NCBI GenBank assembly: GCA_964410585.1
Contig: CAYPFW010000001.1
Coordinates: forward strand, 384,001-448,000
DNA from: an uncultured archaeon
GTDB taxonomy: Archaea; Aenigmatarchaeota; Aenigmatarchaeia; QMZP01; JACQNV01
DNA: 64,000 bases
Direction: 5' to 3'
Shown here in pieces: positions 30,608 to 38,873 of this stretch. The stretch's first letter is position 1; each line of letters begins with the position of its first letter. Made by a program: the position numbers and the translations under genes. Below the pieces are notes generated by a model. That model did not search any database. It saw nothing but the letters and a program-made list of their open reading frames with translations, and had not been told where the DNA came from.

Positions 30608-30624
30608 TTGATTCTCATTATCAA
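30608..30624. promoter_or_regulatory. Fur/Zur-type operator candidate
   Basis: TTGATAATGAGAATCAA (minus strand) between divergent ZIP and fur-family genes. Confidence 0.6.
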
Positions 30625-30706
30625 TAAGCCTTTAGTAAAAGGCTTGAGCCAAAATCGGAGGCTAAATTTTTCTTCATTGAGATTCGCAAAAATTTACGCC
30701 TTCCAC
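30625..30706 (-). repeat. Family A repeat
   Basis: TAAGCCTTT..AAAGGCTTG, GGAGGCTA...TTACGCCTTCCAC. Confidence 0.85.
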
Positions 30707-30712
30707 CAATAT

Positions 30713-31075
30713 ATGTCAAAATCTAGAAATACAAAACAAAAAGAGCTGATAAAAAGTGAAGTTGAAAAGTTCAACTCCTTTTTTACAGCAGAAGAACTGT
30801 TCAACAAAGTGAAGGACAAAAAGATTGGGATAGCCACTGTATATCGATTTTTGAGAGACTTCGATGAGAGAGAGTTGTGTTGTTTTGTCTGCAACAGAAA
30901 AACTGTTTATTCTAAAAGGAAAGATAGCCATTGCGAGTTTGTGTGTGAAAAATGCAAGAAGGTCTCACATTTCAATGTTGATAGCCTAGATTTTTTGAAG
31001 AACAAAATACATACTAGGAACATTTGTCATTTCCAGATAACTGTACAAGGAAGATGTGATAATTGTAGCAAATAA
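30713..31075 (+). CDS. Fur family regulator (Zur-like)
   Basis: FTAEEL, IGIATVYRFL, HxxFxCxxC, C-terminal GxCxxC; divergent from ZIP. Confidence 0.88.
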   Translation: MSKSRNTKQKELIKSEVEKFNSFFTAEELFNKVKDKKIGIATVYRFLRDFDERELCCFVCNRKTVYSKRKDSHCEFVCEKCKKVSHFNVDSLDFLKNKIHTRNICHFQITVQGRCDNCSK

Positions 31076-31289
31076 TGCGGACGGTAGGAATCGAACCTAC
31101 GAAGGCACTAAGCCACAGGATTTCTTATTTCACAGTTTTCTGATGAAAACTCATAACTCAAGAAACTTGAGTCCTGCCCCTTTGACCGTTCCCACACCCT
31201 TTGTTTTATCCAATAAATTTGAAGTCCCTTTCTTTTGGGATCTCAACACTTTTCTTTGGAAAGAAAAGGGCTGACTTGGGTACGTCCGC
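31076..31289 (-). tRNA. tRNA-Leu(CAA) with two introns (D-loop about 31189-31274; 37/38 at 31122-31165)
   Basis: Spliced: GCGGACGTACCCAAG/CGGTCAAAGGGGCAGGACTCAAG/ATCCTGTGGCTTAGTGCCTTCGTAGGTTCGATTCCTACCGTCCGCA; long variable arm. Confidence 0.9.
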
Positions 31290-31329
31290 TAATCTATAAG
31301 GTATATATTTACGTATATTATATATTACT

Positions 31330-31491
31330 ATGGGCAATCTCTTATTTTGCAACAACTGCAATAAATGGGTAGTCTTCGGTGAGACAGACAGAAGAAAATA
31401 CAATGAACTAGTTTACATTTTTGGCGGTGTCACAGTTAGCAAACTTTGCCCACAGTGCAGGCAGCCTCTAGCAGCTTCAAAGCAAATCTAA
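31330..31491 (+). CDS. Small Zn-finger protein (53 aa, not in ORF track)
   Basis: MGNLLFCNNC...LCPQCRQPL, two CxxC motifs. Confidence 0.65.
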   Translation: MGNLLFCNNCNKWVVFGETDRRKYNELVYIFGGVTVSKLCPQCRQPLAASKQI

Positions 31492-31536
31492 TTCTAAAAC
31501 TAATATAAGTAAGATAACTAATTTCTTTATCCAAAA

Positions 31537-31769
31537 GCGCTGATAGTCTAGTATACCCTCTTTCTTTTCAAAAAAGAAAGAGCCTTATAACCCAGAAAGA
31601 AAACGGTTTACAAATAAGGTTGGAGAAATCCAAGTATGGATACTGGTACCTTTGCACTAAAGGATGCGAGCCTTCCAATAGGGAACCTACGGTTCCTCTA
31701 ACCCTCCCTTATTTTACAAGGGAGTATAGATGAAAGCTTGCGACGCGGGTTCAATCCCCGCTCAGCGCA
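31537..31769 (+). tRNA. tRNA-Gly(TCC) with three introns (about 31553-31642, about 31649-31661, 31678-31734)
   Basis: Acceptor GCGCTGA/TCAGCGC, anticodon arm CGAGC-CTTCCAA-GCTTG, T arm GCGGGTTCAATCCCCGC. Confidence 0.85.
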
Positions 31770-31822
31770 TCAAATAACTAATTTATAAATACCACCAATC
31801 TATTATTCTGATATACTTGTAG

Positions 31823-32179
31823 ATGACTATGGCAATTAGAAAGAAGACAAACCCATTATTGAATGATTTTTTGGCAGGTGCAGAAGGATCAAAAGCTAAG
31901 TTTTGGCAGGCTGTTGCTAGGAATTTGAAAAGACCTAGAAGGACAGCATATGAAGTTAATTTACACAGATTGGAAAATTCAGCTGATCCCGAATTGACAA
32001 ATGTTGTCCCGGGAATTGTTTTGGGAACAGGCGAAGTCACAAAAAAACTTAATGTTGCTGCATGGAAATTTTCAGCTTCAGCAAAACAAAAGATAGAAAA
32101 AGTTGGCGGAAAATGCATGTCATTGGAACATCTTTGGGAAACAAACAAGGATGGAAAGGGAGTTAAACTGGTTGGTTAA
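31823..32179 (+). CDS. rpl18e: 50S ribosomal protein L18e
   Basis: KTNP, RPRR, VVPGIVLGTG, FSASA. Confidence 0.95.
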   Translation: MTMAIRKKTNPLLNDFLAGAEGSKAKFWQAVARNLKRPRRTAYEVNLHRLENSADPELTNVVPGIVLGTGEVTKKLNVAAWKFSASAKQKIEKVGGKCMSLEHLWETNKDGKGVKLVG

Positions 32180-32184
32180 TTGAA

Positions 32185-32265
32185 GTGGAAGGCGTAAATT
32201 TTTCGAGCTCGCAAGCGAAGAAAAAATAGCCTCCGTTTTTGATTAACCTTTTGGGTAAAAGGTTA
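32185..32265 (+). repeat. Family A repeat
   Basis: GTGGAAGGCGTAAA...TAGCCTCC..TAACCTTTT..AAAAGGTTA(TG) ending on rpl13 start. Confidence 0.88.
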
Positions 32266-32684
32266 TGTCCGAACTATATTTTGATGCAAAGGACCAAATT
32301 GTGGGAAGAATGGCGTCTAAAGTAGCAAAAGAGTTGATGAAAGGAAAGACTGTGTTTATTGTAAATGCTGAAAAGGCTGTTGTTTCTGGAACATATCATA
32401 CTGTTTTGAATATTTACATGGAAAGGACAGCAAGAGGAGACCCACACAACGGGCCTTATTATCCAAAACATCCAGATAGGATGTTGAAAAGGTCTATAAG
32501 GGGCATGCTTCCAAAAAACTACACAGGAAGACAGGCTTTGAAAAGATTGAAGGTTTTCCTTTCTGTTCCAGAAGAATTAGAAGGGACAAAATTCCAGAAA
32601 ATTAAAGAATCTGAAAATAAATTAGAATGTGCTTACATGGAACTTGGGGAAGTAAGTAGGGTTTTGACTGGAAAAAAGTTATAA
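32265..32684 (+). CDS. rpl13: 50S ribosomal protein L13
   Basis: GRMASKVAK, VNAEK, RSIRGMLP. Confidence 0.95.
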   Translation: MSELYFDAKDQIVGRMASKVAKELMKGKTVFIVNAEKAVVSGTYHTVLNIYMERTARGDPHNGPYYPKHPDRMLKRSIRGMLPKNYTGRQALKRLKVFLSVPEELEGTKFQKIKESENKLECAYMELGEVSRVLTGKKL

Positions 32685-32696
32685 TTGGAATAAAAT

Positions 32697-33203
32697 ATGG
32701 TAACAAAAAAAGATGAAAATGCTCAAGCAGAAAATATAGAAGTGAAAATAGAGACTGAACCAGAAGAAAAGACACCAAAAAAAGAACACAAGAAAAAAGA
32801 GCCTCCTAAGTTTGTTCAAACAGTTGGAAAAAGAAAGAAAGCAATTGCTAGAGCTGTTGTCAAACCTGGAAAAGGTATTGTTAAAGTTAATTCTATTCCT
32901 TTAGAATTGGTCTCAGGTGAAATGGTTAGATTGAAAATGTCTGAACCATTGATTCTGGCAGGAGATGCTTGGAAGGCTTTTGATATTTCAGTTAATGTTT
33001 CTGGTGGCGGTGTTTTAGGACAAGCAGATGCTGTGAGACAATGCATTGCAAGAGGACTGGTTGAATATTTACCTGAACTGAAAAAAACATACTTGGAGTA
33101 TGATAGAAATTTGATAGTTTTTGATTCTAGAAGAACAGAACCACACAAGCCTGGACACTCTTCATGGGGCCCAAGAAGACACAAACAGCGCAGCAAGAGA
33201 TAA
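32697..33203 (+). CDS. rps9: 30S ribosomal protein S9 with charged N-terminal extension
   Basis: GKRKKAIARA, VSGGG..GQADA, YDRNL..DSRRTEP. Confidence 0.96.
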   Translation: MVTKKDENAQAENIEVKIETEPEEKTPKKEHKKKEPPKFVQTVGKRKKAIARAVVKPGKGIVKVNSIPLELVSGEMVRLKMSEPLILAGDAWKAFDISVNVSGGGVLGQADAVRQCIARGLVEYLPELKKTYLEYDRNLIVFDSRRTEPHKPGHSSWGPRRHKQRSKR

Positions 33204-33248
33204 AATATTTTTTTACTATGTAAATTTCAAATTAAAAGAATTGATTTT

Positions 33249-33692
33249 TCACAAACTTTCCAAAACTTCTTTCACATGCTCATCTGGTTTTACTTTTGGA
33301 AAGATTTTTTCTATTTTTCCGTTGTTCAAAATAAATGTTGTCCTTTCAATTCCCATGTATTTTTTACCCATGAAAATTTTCTCTTTCCAGACACCATATT
33401 TGTTGACAACTTCTTTTTCCGTGTCTGCTAAAAGTGTGAAAGGTAGGGTATATTTTTTCTGGAATTTTTTATGCGATTCTTGAGAGTCCGGACTCACACC
33501 TAAAATAACAGCTTTCTTTTTTATTTCAGAAAAATTGTCGCGGAAGTTGCACGCTTCCTTCGTACATCCTGGAGTGTCGTCTTTTGGATAGAAATATAGG
33601 ACGACTTTTCCTTTGTAATCAGACAATTTATGGACCTTTCCTTCTGCATCTTTCAGGGAAAAATCAGGTGACTTGTCGCCTTCTTTTAGCAT
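33249..33692 (-). CDS. bcp: BCP/PrxQ peroxiredoxin
   Basis: [16 protein letters not shown]. Confidence 0.94.
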   Translation of the reverse strand: MLKEGDKSPDFSLKDAEGKVHKLSDYKGKVVLYFYPKDDTPGCTKEACNFRDNFSEIKKKAVILGVSPDSQESHKKFQKKYTLPFTLLADTEKEVVNKYGVWKEKIFMGKKYMGIERTTFILNNGKIEKIFPKVKPDEHVKEVLESL

Positions 33693-33797
33693 ATGTATTA
33701 CTTTGATCAATTGTTTAAATTGTTCAATCAGAAGCCAAAAAAGGTTTATAAATACTAGAACAATCAATGTATATTGATAATGTGATAGCATATTATT

Positions 33798-34121
33798 ATG
33801 GCAGATTACGTAAGGATCAAGCTTGCAGGAAAGGATTACAAAGAATTAGAAGAAATCTGTAGACAGATCAAGGAAATCGCCGAAAAACATGGAACAGATA
33901 TTAGAGGTCCAATGCCACTGCCGACAAAGAGATTGAAAATTCCAGTTCTTAAAACACCATGTGGCGATGGAACAGGTCATGGAAATGCTACTTGGGACAG
34001 ATGGGAGATGAGAATCCATCGTAGAGTTATTGATATTGGTTCTGCTGAGCGAGCTTTGAGGCATATTGTTCGATTGCAAATCCCAGAAGATGTGAAAATT
34101 GCAATTGAAGAGATGAGATAA
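33798..34121 (+). CDS. rps10: 30S ribosomal protein S10
   Basis: [23 protein letters not shown]. Confidence 0.96.
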   Translation: MADYVRIKLAGKDYKELEEICRQIKEIAEKHGTDIRGPMPLPTKRLKIPVLKTPCGDGTGHGNATWDRWEMRIHRRVIDIGSAERALRHIVRLQIPEDVKIAIEEMR

Positions 34122-34152
34122 GCTATTTGAATAAACTTTTTCTAATTCTTAT

Positions 34153-35172
34153 ATGGGTGTAGATATAGGAAAACTTGTTCCAAAAAAAGAAATTTCTATA
34201 GAAGAATTATCTGGAAAAAAGATTGGAATAGATGCACTCAATTGGACTTTCCAATTTCTTTCGTCTGTTCGTGACAAATTCACAGGAGAGCCGTTGAAGG
34301 ATTCTCATGGAAATGTCACATCTCATTTGTCTGGCTTGTTCTATAGGACGACAAAATTAATTGAAAGTGGAATAGAACCTGTTTATGTTTTTGATGGCAA
34401 GCCACCAGAATGGAAGAAACACACAATTCAAGAAAGAGAAAAAGTTAGAGAAGAAGCTCGTCAGAAATGGATAGAGGCTGTTGAAAAAGGAGAAGAAGCG
34501 ATAAAATATGCACAGGGTGCCTCTAAATTGACATCAGAAATGCTTGTTCAGGCAAAAGAGCTTTTGGATTTAATGGGTGTATCTTGGGTTCAAGCTCCTT
34601 CAGAAGGAGAAGCACAAATCTCCAAAATGGTGAAGGAAAACCAAATCTGGGCAGGGGCGACACAAGACTACGATGCAATTCTTTTCGGAATTCCTAGAGT
34701 GATAAGAAATCTGAACATAGCTGGAAAGAAAAAACTTCCTGGAAAACAAACATACATCGAGGTCAAACCAGAATTTATTGAAATAAATGAAGTTTTGAAA
34801 GGCCTCGAATTGAACCAAGAACAACTCATTGTTTTAGGTTTGTTAGTTGGCACAGATTTCAATCCTGGAATCAAAGGATTTGGCCCTAAAAAAAGTTTGG
34901 AATTGGTGAAACAAGAAAAAACTTTGGAAAATGTTTTGAAAAAAATAAACTGGGATTTTGAGGTTCCTGCACACGACCTATTTGAGTTTTTCAAAAACCC
35001 GCCTGCTGGAAATGTTGAAATTCAGAAGAAAAAAATCGATATAGAAGGACTGAGGAAATTCCTGATAGACGACCATGATTTTTCAGAAGAAAGGATAAAT
35101 TCGACATTGGAAAAACTTCAAGAAACAAAAAAGAAAGGGCAAAGCGGATTAGGAAGTTTTTTTGGAAAATAG
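34153..35172 (+). CDS. fen: Flap endonuclease 1
   Basis: MGV, SHLSGLFYR, APSEGEAQ, GTDFN, C-terminal PIP box QSGLGSFF. Confidence 0.96.
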   Translation: MGVDIGKLVPKKEISIEELSGKKIGIDALNWTFQFLSSVRDKFTGEPLKDSHGNVTSHLSGLFYRTTKLIESGIEPVYVFDGKPPEWKKHTIQEREKVREEARQKWIEAVEKGEEAIKYAQGASKLTSEMLVQAKELLDLMGVSWVQAPSEGEAQISKMVKENQIWAGATQDYDAILFGIPRVIRNLNIAGKKKLPGKQTYIEVKPEFIEINEVLKGLELNQEQLIVLGLLVGTDFNPGIKGFGPKKSLELVKQEKTLENVLKKINWDFEVPAHDLFEFFKNPPAGNVEIQKKKIDIEGLRKFLIDDHDFSEERINSTLEKLQETKKKGQSGLGSFFGK

Positions 35173-36432
35173 GCCGCAGAAAGAATCATAGATTTCTTTG
35201 GCACGCGCCTCAATTCTTTCTCTTAGTCTTCTGTTTTTTTCTCTATGCAGCATATCCAGTTCAGCTTCTGAAACTCCTAAAATCTTTAGAATGTTAATTC
35301 CTTCTTCTCCCATGTCAAACAGTTTTTCCTTGAAGTTACTTTTTGATGTTGTTGCCTCTATATAAACATCGTTTATTTGGTCCCATTCGTATACGTCACC
35401 AACATTTCTGACAAATTGACCTCTCAACCATGCTCTTGTGTCCTCGGGTGGATTTTCTACAGCTGCTTCTATTTGTTCATCTGTTACTAATCTGTTTATT
35501 TCACCAGCTGACTGAAGGCGATAAAACAATCCATGTTCCCTATCTATATCATGGTATTCAATATCCAAATCCTTCATTCTTGAATCATTCCAATCCCAAC
35601 CAAAATCTTCAGAAGAATCTAAAAGAAGTTTTAATTTTATTACCCAATCCAAATCCCTTGACAAGTCCATAAAATTTTCCTGCAGGCGATCTAAAACATA
35701 TTCCCATAAAACCAAAACTTTATCTGTTATTGGATCTTGACCTCGATATTGTTTAGCTGCTTCAAGGAACCTTCTTTGGGCTGTTACATAAATCCCAATT
35801 CTTTCCCTAAATCCATCAGGATATTTTAGCTCTTCTCTGTGCAAAAAAAGTCCAGGCAGCGCTAAGCCTTCACCAGGGTAAACAAAACCATCTTTAATTA
35901 ACCGCAAAACTAAGCCTGTTGTGCCGGCTTTCAAAAAAGTTGAGATTTCAGACACGTTTGCATCTTCTTCGCTTACATGAAGTCTATCATCCTTCATTGC
36001 ATAAAAAACCCCTTTATTTTTCTGAGACAATCCATATCCCTGAGATTCTAATCTACCCGAACCTGTGATCACTGCTCTACTTATTAAAAAATTATCAAAT
36101 GTTGAATATCGATTAGGAGGCTTACGTGAAATAGGACTATAATTTTCATGACAGCCCCAAGTATTTCCTTGAGAATCTCTATTGTTTTTGAAAAGCCTAT
36201 ATCTAGTATCAGCTAGTAAGCGTGAAACTATTAACTCACCTGCTTTATCCCAAATAACAAGATCTAATGGATTTGTGCATTCAGGTGTTGCATATTCTGG
36301 GTGTGCAAGTTGATCAAAATAGATTCTACCACCATTTAGATGAAATCTGTCATCAAATCTAGAGTCAAACACTGTGCAAGCTTCGCTGTCATCAGGAAAG
36401 AATCCAAACTCTGTCTCTAATCCATAGATCAT
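35149..36432 (-). CDS. PafA/Dop family protein (Pup ligase/depupylase fold)
   Basis: GLETEFG, NGGRIYFD..HPEYATPEC, WDKAGE, LFKNN.DS.GN.WGCHENY, RLHV, LDWVIK, YHDI..GLF, PP.DTRAWLRG. Confidence 0.9.
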   Translation of the reverse strand: MIYGLETEFGFFPDDSEACTVFDSRFDDRFHLNGGRIYFDQLAHPEYATPECTNPLDLVIWDKAGELIVSRLLADTRYRLFKNNRDSQGNTWGCHENYSPISRKPPNRYSTFDNFLISRAVITGSGRLESQGYGLSQKNKGVFYAMKDDRLHVSEEDANVSEISTFLKAGTTGLVLRLIKDGFVYPGEGLALPGLFLHREELKYPDGFRERIGIYVTAQRRFLEAAKQYRGQDPITDKVLVLWEYVLDRLQENFMDLSRDLDWVIKLKLLLDSSEDFGWDWNDSRMKDLDIEYHDIDREHGLFYRLQSAGEINRLVTDEQIEAAVENPPEDTRAWLRGQFVRNVGDVYEWDQINDVYIEATTSKSNFKEKLFDMGEEGINILKILGVSEAELDMLHREKNRRLRERIEARAKEIYDSFCGLFSKKTS

Positions 36433-36460
36433 TCAGACTATTTAGAAATAAGTTTTAAAT

Positions 36461-36637
36461 TCACTCGCCTTCTGGATTTATGTAGGTTGGTGAAATTGTT
36501 GTTGGTTTTTTAGGATCTACAACTCCCGAATATCTTGATGTTGCTGGATATCTATCTGGAACTTTTGTAGGTGCTCCTACTGAAGTATCTCTAGGAATAA
36601 GTTGTCTTTTTCTTTCGTCTAAAACTGAAGTTGCCAT
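36461..36637 (-). CDS. Candidate Pup/UBact-like small modifier (58 aa)
   Basis: Pro/Thr/Ser-rich, ends YINPEGE, 28 nt upstream of the pafA/dop homolog. Confidence 0.65.
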   Translation of the reverse strand: MATSVLDERKRQLIPRDTSVGAPTKVPDRYPATSRYSGVVDPKKPTTISPTYINPEGE

Positions 36638-36697
36638 AATAACCCCCATGAACTATTTTAATATTAATATTTAGACACGAAAGTTTATATTTTTGAT

Positions 36698-36982
36698 ATG
36701 GCAGACGCTCTTAGCATTATACTGGAAATGATTTGGCATATTATTTCAACAACTATTCACTCTGTTAAGTTCCTTTCTGGAATGTTTCAACAGCTTTTAG
36801 GTGCGCTGTTGCCTGTTTCTGTTGCAGGTCCTGGAGGAAGTTTGCTAGCTGGTGTTGCTTTGCTTTTGGTTGCGTATTTTTTGATCAAGTTTATTTTTAG
36901 GTCTGGAAAAGAAGTAGTTATACTTTTGATTGTTGGGATAATTATTGTTCTTTTGCTTTTGGCTGGAAAGTTTGTTGGTTAA
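36698..36982 (+). CDS. Small membrane protein
   Basis: Several hydrophobic segments. Confidence 0.7.
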   Translation: MADALSIILEMIWHIISTTIHSVKFLSGMFQQLLGALLPVSVAGPGGSLLAGVALLLVAYFLIKFIFRSGKEVVILLIVGIIIVLLLLAGKFVG

Positions 36983-36983
36983 T

Positions 36984-37235
36984 ATGGATTTTGAAAAAGA
37001 GATTCAGGAATTGAAAGAAAGGAATAAGAGAGTAGAAGCAGACAAAGCATGGGAAACAAGCTGGACGCGCAGGGCTTTGATAGCTTTGTTCACATATCTT
37101 GCAATTGCCTTGTATCTTTTAGCAATCAATGTACCTTCGCCTTGGCTGAATGCGATTGTGCCAACTATAGGGTTTCTTTTGTCGACTCTAACTTTGCCTG
37201 TTTTTAAGAAAATGTGGATTAGAAAAAGAAATTAA
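36984..37235 (+). CDS. Small membrane protein
   Basis: RNKRVEADKAWETSWTRR followed by two TMs. Confidence 0.75.
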   Translation: MDFEKEIQELKERNKRVEADKAWETSWTRRALIALFTYLAIALYLLAINVPSPWLNAIVPTIGFLLSTLTLPVFKKMWIRKRN

Positions 37236-38056
37236 GCAGCTCGCGCAGGCGTGAAAAGTTCAACAACGCCTGGGTATTTTTGTTCAACAGGAACTGAGAA
37301 TGTGCCTCTTTCTTTGTCATACAATCTTCCTGTTCTCAAAACACTTTGCCAAAAAGTTGGATCTCTACACTGACCTATTACTATTTGTCTTTCGTCGCCT
37401 TTTTCATGGGATAATTCATCTTCAATTAAAAGTCTTCTTTCCATAGCATGCATATCTAAAACATCGTCTACTTCAAGGCCTAATGGTTTCAATAACCCTT
37501 CAACTTTTACAAAGACTCTTCCAGCATTGTATCTTTGTATAACAGGTTGGCTAGCTGCTTCTATTTGATCAAAAACAGCGCGGATATCACTATTCTCTGC
37601 TATCTGGATTTCGCCTACATATGGTAGGTCTACTGTTCCCCCATATCTACCACCGGATTTACTGAGATTGTGTAAATCCTCTCTTTCAAGATCTCCTATT
37701 TTACCTTTAAATTCTATCCAATCTTCAAATTCAGGTGAACCCATTGCTTCTAATATTCTTGATGCACAATAGTTATCGCCTTTTTCTATTTTTGCCTTTG
37801 GATCTGGAACGCATCTGCCTTGTTTTACATCATACTGTGTTGCTATACCAAGTTCACCTAGCAAATTCATATTGTGAACTACAAGAAGATCTATATCATG
37901 CGGACTTTGTTCAGTAAGCGTTGAACCAAAAAGAAGGAGATCATGGACTCCATAATGTGGATCTCCATAAACTGCTTTGTAGGAAAAATCAAAAATTGCT
38001 CTGGCTACATTCTCTGCCAATCTCATCGCATTTGGAACAACAGTTGTACTTTTCAT
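37232..38056 (-). CDS. Pol-beta superfamily nucleotidyltransferase-like protein
   Basis: LLFGST......DIDLLVV signature. Confidence 0.6.
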   Translation of the reverse strand: MKSTTVVPNAMRLAENVARAIFDFSYKAVYGDPHYGVHDLLLFGSTLTEQSPHDIDLLVVHNMNLLGELGIATQYDVKQGRCVPDPKAKIEKGDNYCASRILEAMGSPEFEDWIEFKGKIGDLEREDLHNLSKSGGRYGGTVDLPYVGEIQIAENSDIRAVFDQIEAASQPVIQRYNAGRVFVKVEGLLKPLGLEVDDVLDMHAMERRLLIEDELSHEKGDERQIVIGQCRDPTFWQSVLRTGRLYDKERGTFSVPVEQKYPGVVELFTPARAA

Positions 38057-38069
38057 AAACAATTAATTA

Positions 38070-38159
38070 GTGGATAGCGCTAAGAAAATTTTCGAGGCGA
38101 ACTGAGAAATTTTTTAGCCTCCGATTTTGGCATAAGCTTTTTTCCCAGAAAAAGGCTTA
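38070..38159 (+). repeat. Family A repeat (divergent)
   Basis: GTGGATAGCG...TAGCCTCCGATTTTGGCATAAGCTTT..AAAGGCTTA ending on a stop codon. Confidence 0.8.
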
Positions 38160-38594
38160 AGCGACCGCTGGGTCTTCTTGTCTTTGTTCTTCTGGTTTGC
38201 CTTTTGTTACAATTGGGAATCTTAAAGGCAAAGGTAATTGCAATTCGTCTGCCAAATCAGCTGCCCTCAAAAGGCACCTTCTGAATAAAGTATTCAAAAT
38301 TTCTACAGAAGAATCTTCTGTTAATTTTTTATCCTTTTTCCAAAGATCTAACAATTTCTTGTGTTCGTCTGTTAAGTACAAAAGCTCACCATCTATTTTT
38401 ATTTCGCCTATTTCAGGAGCGTATGTTGTTACAAACTCGAATTTCATTGCCAGAGCTTTCTTTCCAAGTTGCTCTATTTCCCTTTCTTTTATGTCTATTA
38501 TTTTTGGAGAGGAATTTGTTGATATTGCTTCATTTATAACTGATTTTTTCCTTTCCCCTGTTATTTTGTCGAATGTAATTCCTATTACTGGCAT
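38157..38594 (-). CDS. Conserved-looking hypothetical protein
   Basis: 145 aa, GGGGTG RBS, host-like composition, LPLPLRFP C-terminus. Confidence 0.75.
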   Translation of the reverse strand: MPVIGITFDKITGERKKSVINEAISTNSSPKIIDIKEREIEQLGKKALAMKFEFVTTYAPEIGEIKIDGELLYLTDEHKKLLDLWKKDKKLTEDSSVEILNTLFRRCLLRAADLADELQLPLPLRFPIVTKGKPEEQRQEDPAVA

Positions 38595-38705
38595 AATAAA
38601 CACCCCTTATTTTGATACCAAATGATTGGTTTATTGATATTTAAACGTTTCCATGTGTGAATATCTAGCTCTCCTGTCGCAGAGTTAGACACTCATTAGA
38701 TGTTA

Positions 38706-38823
38706 TAGCTCCACCCAGATTCGAACTGGGGTCAATGGCTATCTTCTTTCATAGATGCAAAGCATCTCAACTCTTTAGAGTTTCTCCAAAGGCCACTATC
38801 CTGGGCCGCTAGACGATGGAGCT
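38706..38823 (-). tRNA. tRNA-Gln(TTG) with 37/38 intron (38741-38785)
   Basis: AGCTCCA/TGGAGCT acceptor with A1-U72, GTGGC-CTTTGG/A-GCCAT arm, CCCAGTTCGAATCTGGG T arm. Confidence 0.93.
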
Positions 38824-38873
38824 ATTATGGAATATGTAAATAAGAAATCAGTGACTTATAAAATTGTCTTGGT

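Noticed and set aside
33774-33790. TTGATAATGTGATAGCA as a second Fur box near bcp
   Set aside because: Only a half-site matches in AT-rich DNA.
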